Shown piece by piece: positions 60,235 through 64,000 of a DNA stretch of 64,000 bases. The translations under genes and the position numbers were made by a program. Position 1 is the first letter of the stretch, and every line of letters starts with the position of its first letter. Location of the stretch: contig JAXLNO010002359.1 in the NCBI GenBank assembly GCA_038087875.1, positions 1-64,000 of the forward strand, written 5' to 3'. The notes under the pieces were generated by a model. The model ran no database searches, was not told the DNA's origin, and saw only the letters and a list, made by a program, of their open reading frames with translations. The DNA comes from Malacoraja senta (Eukaryota).

Positions 60235-60766
60235 ATACATAGATACATAGAAAATAGGTGCAGGAGTAGGCCATTCGGCCCTTCGAGCCTTCACCGCCAT
60301 TCAATATGATCATGGCTGAACATCCAACTCCGTATCCCGTACCTGCCTTCTCTCCATACCCCCTGATCCCTTTAGCCACAAGGGCCACATCTAACTCCCT
60401 CTTAAATATAGCCAATGAACTGGCCTCAACTACCCTCTGTGGCAGAGAGTTCCAGAGATTCACCACTTTCTGTGTGAAAAAGTTTTTCCTCATCTCGATC
60501 TTAAAGGATTTCCCCCTTATCCTTAAGCTGTGACCCCTTGTCCTGGACTTCCCCAACATCGGGAACAATCTTCCTGCATCTAGCCTGTCCAACCCCATAA
60601 GAATTTTGTACGTTTCTATAAGATCCCCTCTCAATCTCCTAAATTCTAGCGAGTATAAGCCAAGTCTATCGAGTCTTTCTTCATATGAATGTCCTGACAT
60701 CCCAGGAATCAGTCTGGTGAACCTTCTCTGCACTCCCTCTATGGCTATAATGTCCTTCCATAGTCC
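60235..60766 (-). mobile_element. 5'-truncated CR1 inserted in the right arm only, with TTATAG duplication
   Basis: TTATAG at 60229-60234 and 60767-60772; single empty site (ctataa) at 54000-54005 in the left arm. Confidence 0.88.
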
Positions 60767-61377
60767 TTATAGTCAATCATCCTCTACCTTGAACATAGTC
60801 AATGTATCAGCCTCTGCAGCTCCTTTGGGGAGATGACATCAAAAACTGTTGTGCCAGTCAGAGCAATATGGGACGACTTTGGTGTAATGACAAAACATTG
60901 TCCTCAATGAGAACTGTGCAATGGTCTTCTGATTTCTGCCAAAGCCATGGTCAACAGATTCGCCTGTTGCAGGTGGACAGGAGAGGAGGAGGTCAAGTAG
61001 GTCAATCCCTTGTGTTGGCTCATTCTCTACCTGCTGTAGAAAGAGCCTGGCAGACACATCCTTCAGGGTTCAGCCATCTCAGTGAGTGGTCGTGTGACCA
61101 TGCCACTCCCAATGATGGATGCTGAGGTCCACACCCAGTGTACACTCTGTACTCTTGCTTCTTTTAATGTCATTTGAGATTTTGCTCAGCTGACCAATGA
61201 TGGTGGGCATTCATTAGGACAGTGAAAGCTTCCCATGGTGAAATCTGTGGGCTCCTTCCCATGAAGAGGCAAGTGAGGAAACAGTATGTTCTTTCTCCTT
61301 TCACCAGGGCCAATCCTCTCTCTGGGATTGGTTCAGTTTATCCTAATGGGTGTAATGGAATTGCCAGCATGTTTAAT

Positions 61378-64000
61378 AGTAAGATTAAACGAGAACTTAC
61401 CTAAGTTTGAATTTTGATCTTTATTTTATGAGGAGTTACGTAGGTGATTACGTGAAGAACCCCGCCAGTGCGCCTGCGCGTCAATCTTCAAAGCAGCGGT
61501 GTGAAATCACAAAAAACAACAACCGAAGTAATATAGTCTCATACTAAAACGAGTAAGACAAGAACTTCCATCTGACCTTTATGATAGAGGGTAGGGTCGT
61601 GGTGGGCACGTAATCGCGTACGTAACCCATCATAAAATAAAGATCAAACTTCAAACTTAGGTAAGTTCTCGTTTAATCTTACTATTTTACTTCGGAGTCA
61701 CGTGAGTGACTACGTGAAGATTTTAAAGCTTTGTGATTTCATGCCGTGGATCAATCCCGGGTTCTCACTGCATAGATTGACTCGGAACGAGAATAATCAA
61801 TCATGCATTCATAATAACATTTGTACCACAAATGCAGTAATTCATTTCAATAATGAAATGAATCAGATCCCCTTTAAACCAGAGGAATTTACACAGAACT
61901 TAAAATAGTTTCTGCAAACAACCCCGCATTAACAATAGGCCGATGGTAAAAATGTTGAAACATCAACTCATTGGACCACCCGGCGGCTGCGAGGATATGG
62001 TCGACGGGGCCGTCTTTTGCCCTGGCCGCCGACGTTTCTGCTGCCCTAGGCGAGTGAGACGTAAAAACATAAGTGTTAATACCAGCAGCTGTTAAGACTT
62101 CTTTTATCCATCTGGAAATAGTCTGTATTGAAACTCTCTTGTCTGGTTTCTTGTGTGTGATCAACAACCCAGTTTCCGTATTCTCAAATTCTTTGTAACC
62201 TCAATGTATTGTAATAAATATGTCTTAATACAGAGACATGGATCATTTGGATATGCTGCCAGCATAATTTTAAATCCTGTCACACCTGGCCTAATTTGCT
62301 TTAGTAGGTCATAGATATAGAATGTAACCTTGTCTTCAGTTACTTCCATACTGTCTATTTGTAATTTTCCAAGTGTTTGCACTCGTTGTGCTGTCACTCA
62401 TGCCATAAGCATGAATACTTTCATACTGAGCTTGACCAAAGGTAAAGACACACTTGATGAGCATTCACGAAGTAGTTTCAGTACCACACTTACATCCCAG
62501 ATTGTCACGTACCTAGGTTTCGGTGGTTTGGAATTAAAGATTCCTTTCATTAGTCTGGAAACAATTGGGTGTGACCCAATTGAGTTTCTTTCTGAATCCA
62601 GAACCAAATATGAGGACAATGCACTTCTGGCTGAATTAATTGCACTACAACTCAGACCTTCATCATAATAAAGTTTTGACAGAAATTCTAAACATTTGAA
62701 ATATCTGCAGTACTTTATTGCACATTCTTTTGTACCCAGAACTCTTCCCATTTCTTAATATAAGAAAGGTACTGTTTTTGAGTGCTCTTCCTCCAGGTTG
62801 CCGTAAGCATGTCCACAGTATGCTCAGACAGTCCTCGTCCCAGAAAAGGCATTCTCTCTTTTTTGGGACTTTCATCAACATTTGTGTTGTTAATTCTAAT
62901 ATCAACGGATACCATGGCTGTGTAGGCCAATCTGGTACTCCCAATACCCTTCAAGCAGCATCTTGCCTGATTTTAAGCAAACATTGGCTTATGAGGCAGA
63001 AAGGTGGAAATATATATGAAAACATACCACCCCAATGTAGCGAGAAAGCATCAATCGCCACTGCTCCTGGATCTGGTTTCCATGAGACATATCTCGATAG
63101 CTGATGATTCAAGTCGATGTCGGTCATTCCAAATCTGATTACTATATCATTGAATACCTCTTGATTCAACATCCATTCTTTATTATCATGGAACTTTTCG
63201 TGACCTGGTGTCTGCTATCGTTCATTCTACCTGGTAGATAGATAGCTGAAATCCAAATGGTCTTTTCAATACACCAAGCCCAAAGTTGATTAACCATTTT
63301 GTCACAAGACACCGACTTAATTCCACCCATATCATTAATATAAACAACTACTGTTGTGTTATCAATTTGAACTTGAACATGCTTATTAGTTGTGTTAGAA
63401 CAATAAGCTTGGAGCCCATAGAAACATCCTAGAAGCTCCAAATAGTTAATTCCCCATGTCTGCAGTAACAATGACTCTTCCTGATTCCATCTGCCTCCTC
63501 AGCTAGATGTTAAGTCAGTTGCACCCCATCCTGGTGCACTGGCATCAGTTTGTAATATCATGGAAGGTTGTTCAATCAGCACTTTGCTGGAACTGCTTGA
63601 GACATGTAGAATCCACCACTGCAGATCAGAAACAGCATTTGTTGTTAGTTGCATGGTTCTATCAAAATGACGAACATGCATTCTCGGTGCCTGTTCTTTA
63701 AGTCTCTGCAGCTGTTGATAATGTAATGGTCCGAATTGGACTGCTGGGAATGCTGCTACTAATTTTCCCAGTACACGAGCCACCTGTCTAATTGAAGGTT
63801 TTTGCTCGTTTAGGAGATTACTGCAATCTTTAATCAAATCCACCCTTTTTTCCCTGGGCAAAGTAATATTCATTTGGACTGAATCAATTGTGAACCCCAA
63901 ATAATTAATAGAGGTACATGGTGTTAACCTAGATTTCTTTGGATGAATTAGAAACCCCAAATTTTCAAAAGTTGATTTCACAACTTTAACAGATGCTTCT
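61378..64000 (-). mobile_element. DIRS-type tyrosine-recombinase retrotransposon, 3' part (RT end, RNase H, methyltransferase-like region, YR, ICR and right terminus); degenerate; continues past the window
   Basis: LGFLIHPKKS...YLGFTIDS (RT); LQTDAS...INYLELL...IDNTT (RNase H); DAFSLHW...IFPPF...PDWPTQPWYP (MT-like); SAINSARSALS, TAQRVQTL, HSPRAA...AAAGWS...FQHFYHRP (YR); 65-bp terminal/ICR inverted match. Confidence 0.92.

Larger units (their letters stand above)
53395..61377. repeat. Large inverted duplication: left arm 53395-56196, right arm 56370-61377
   Basis: Mirror ORF pairs in the track (53647/60802, 54008/59972, 54883/59073, 55591/57310, 55805/57150, 53269/61222) and nucleotide matches checked by eye. 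Confidence 0.93.

Noticed and set aside
53124-61404. Pairs of nearly identical short ORFs on opposite strands
   Set aside because: They are chance ORFs duplicated by the palindrome and are used only as evidence for the inverted duplication.

Overview
Vertebrate genomic DNA, most likely from a cartilaginous fish (skate or ray), inferred from HE1-like tRNA SINEs, HER1/CR1-type LINE tails and KRAB-less C2H2 arrays. The window is repeat-dense, with N gaps in a CT-rich block at 4.3-9.0 kb and at 13.7-13.9 kb. Two host genes can be built by hand, both on the minus strand. (1) A disrupted C2H2 zinc-finger gene (about 21 finger units, 1921-3685), with a candidate CpG-rich promoter and first exon near 15.9-16.5 kb. 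(2) A 14-coding-exon type I membrane Ig-superfamily receptor (19990-44302): leader, eight Ig domains arranged as a tandemly duplicated [V*-C2-V-C2] module, a transmembrane segment, and a tail with ITSM- and ITIM-type tyrosine motifs. All modelled introns are GT-AG and in phase, giving 960 codons, but there is one in-frame TAA at the end of the D4 exon. Upstream of the receptor lies a multi-kb inverted duplication (53.4-61.4 kb) centred on a short CR1 tail. Its right arm is interrupted by a DIRS tyrosine-recombinase retrotransposon whose integration junction can be read from the sequence. The rest is nested CR1, Rex1/Babar, L1, RTE-X-like, Ingi-like, Penelope-derived and THAP-transposon debris plus minisatellites. 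Gene models are manual and repeat family names come from motif recognition; no database search was run.
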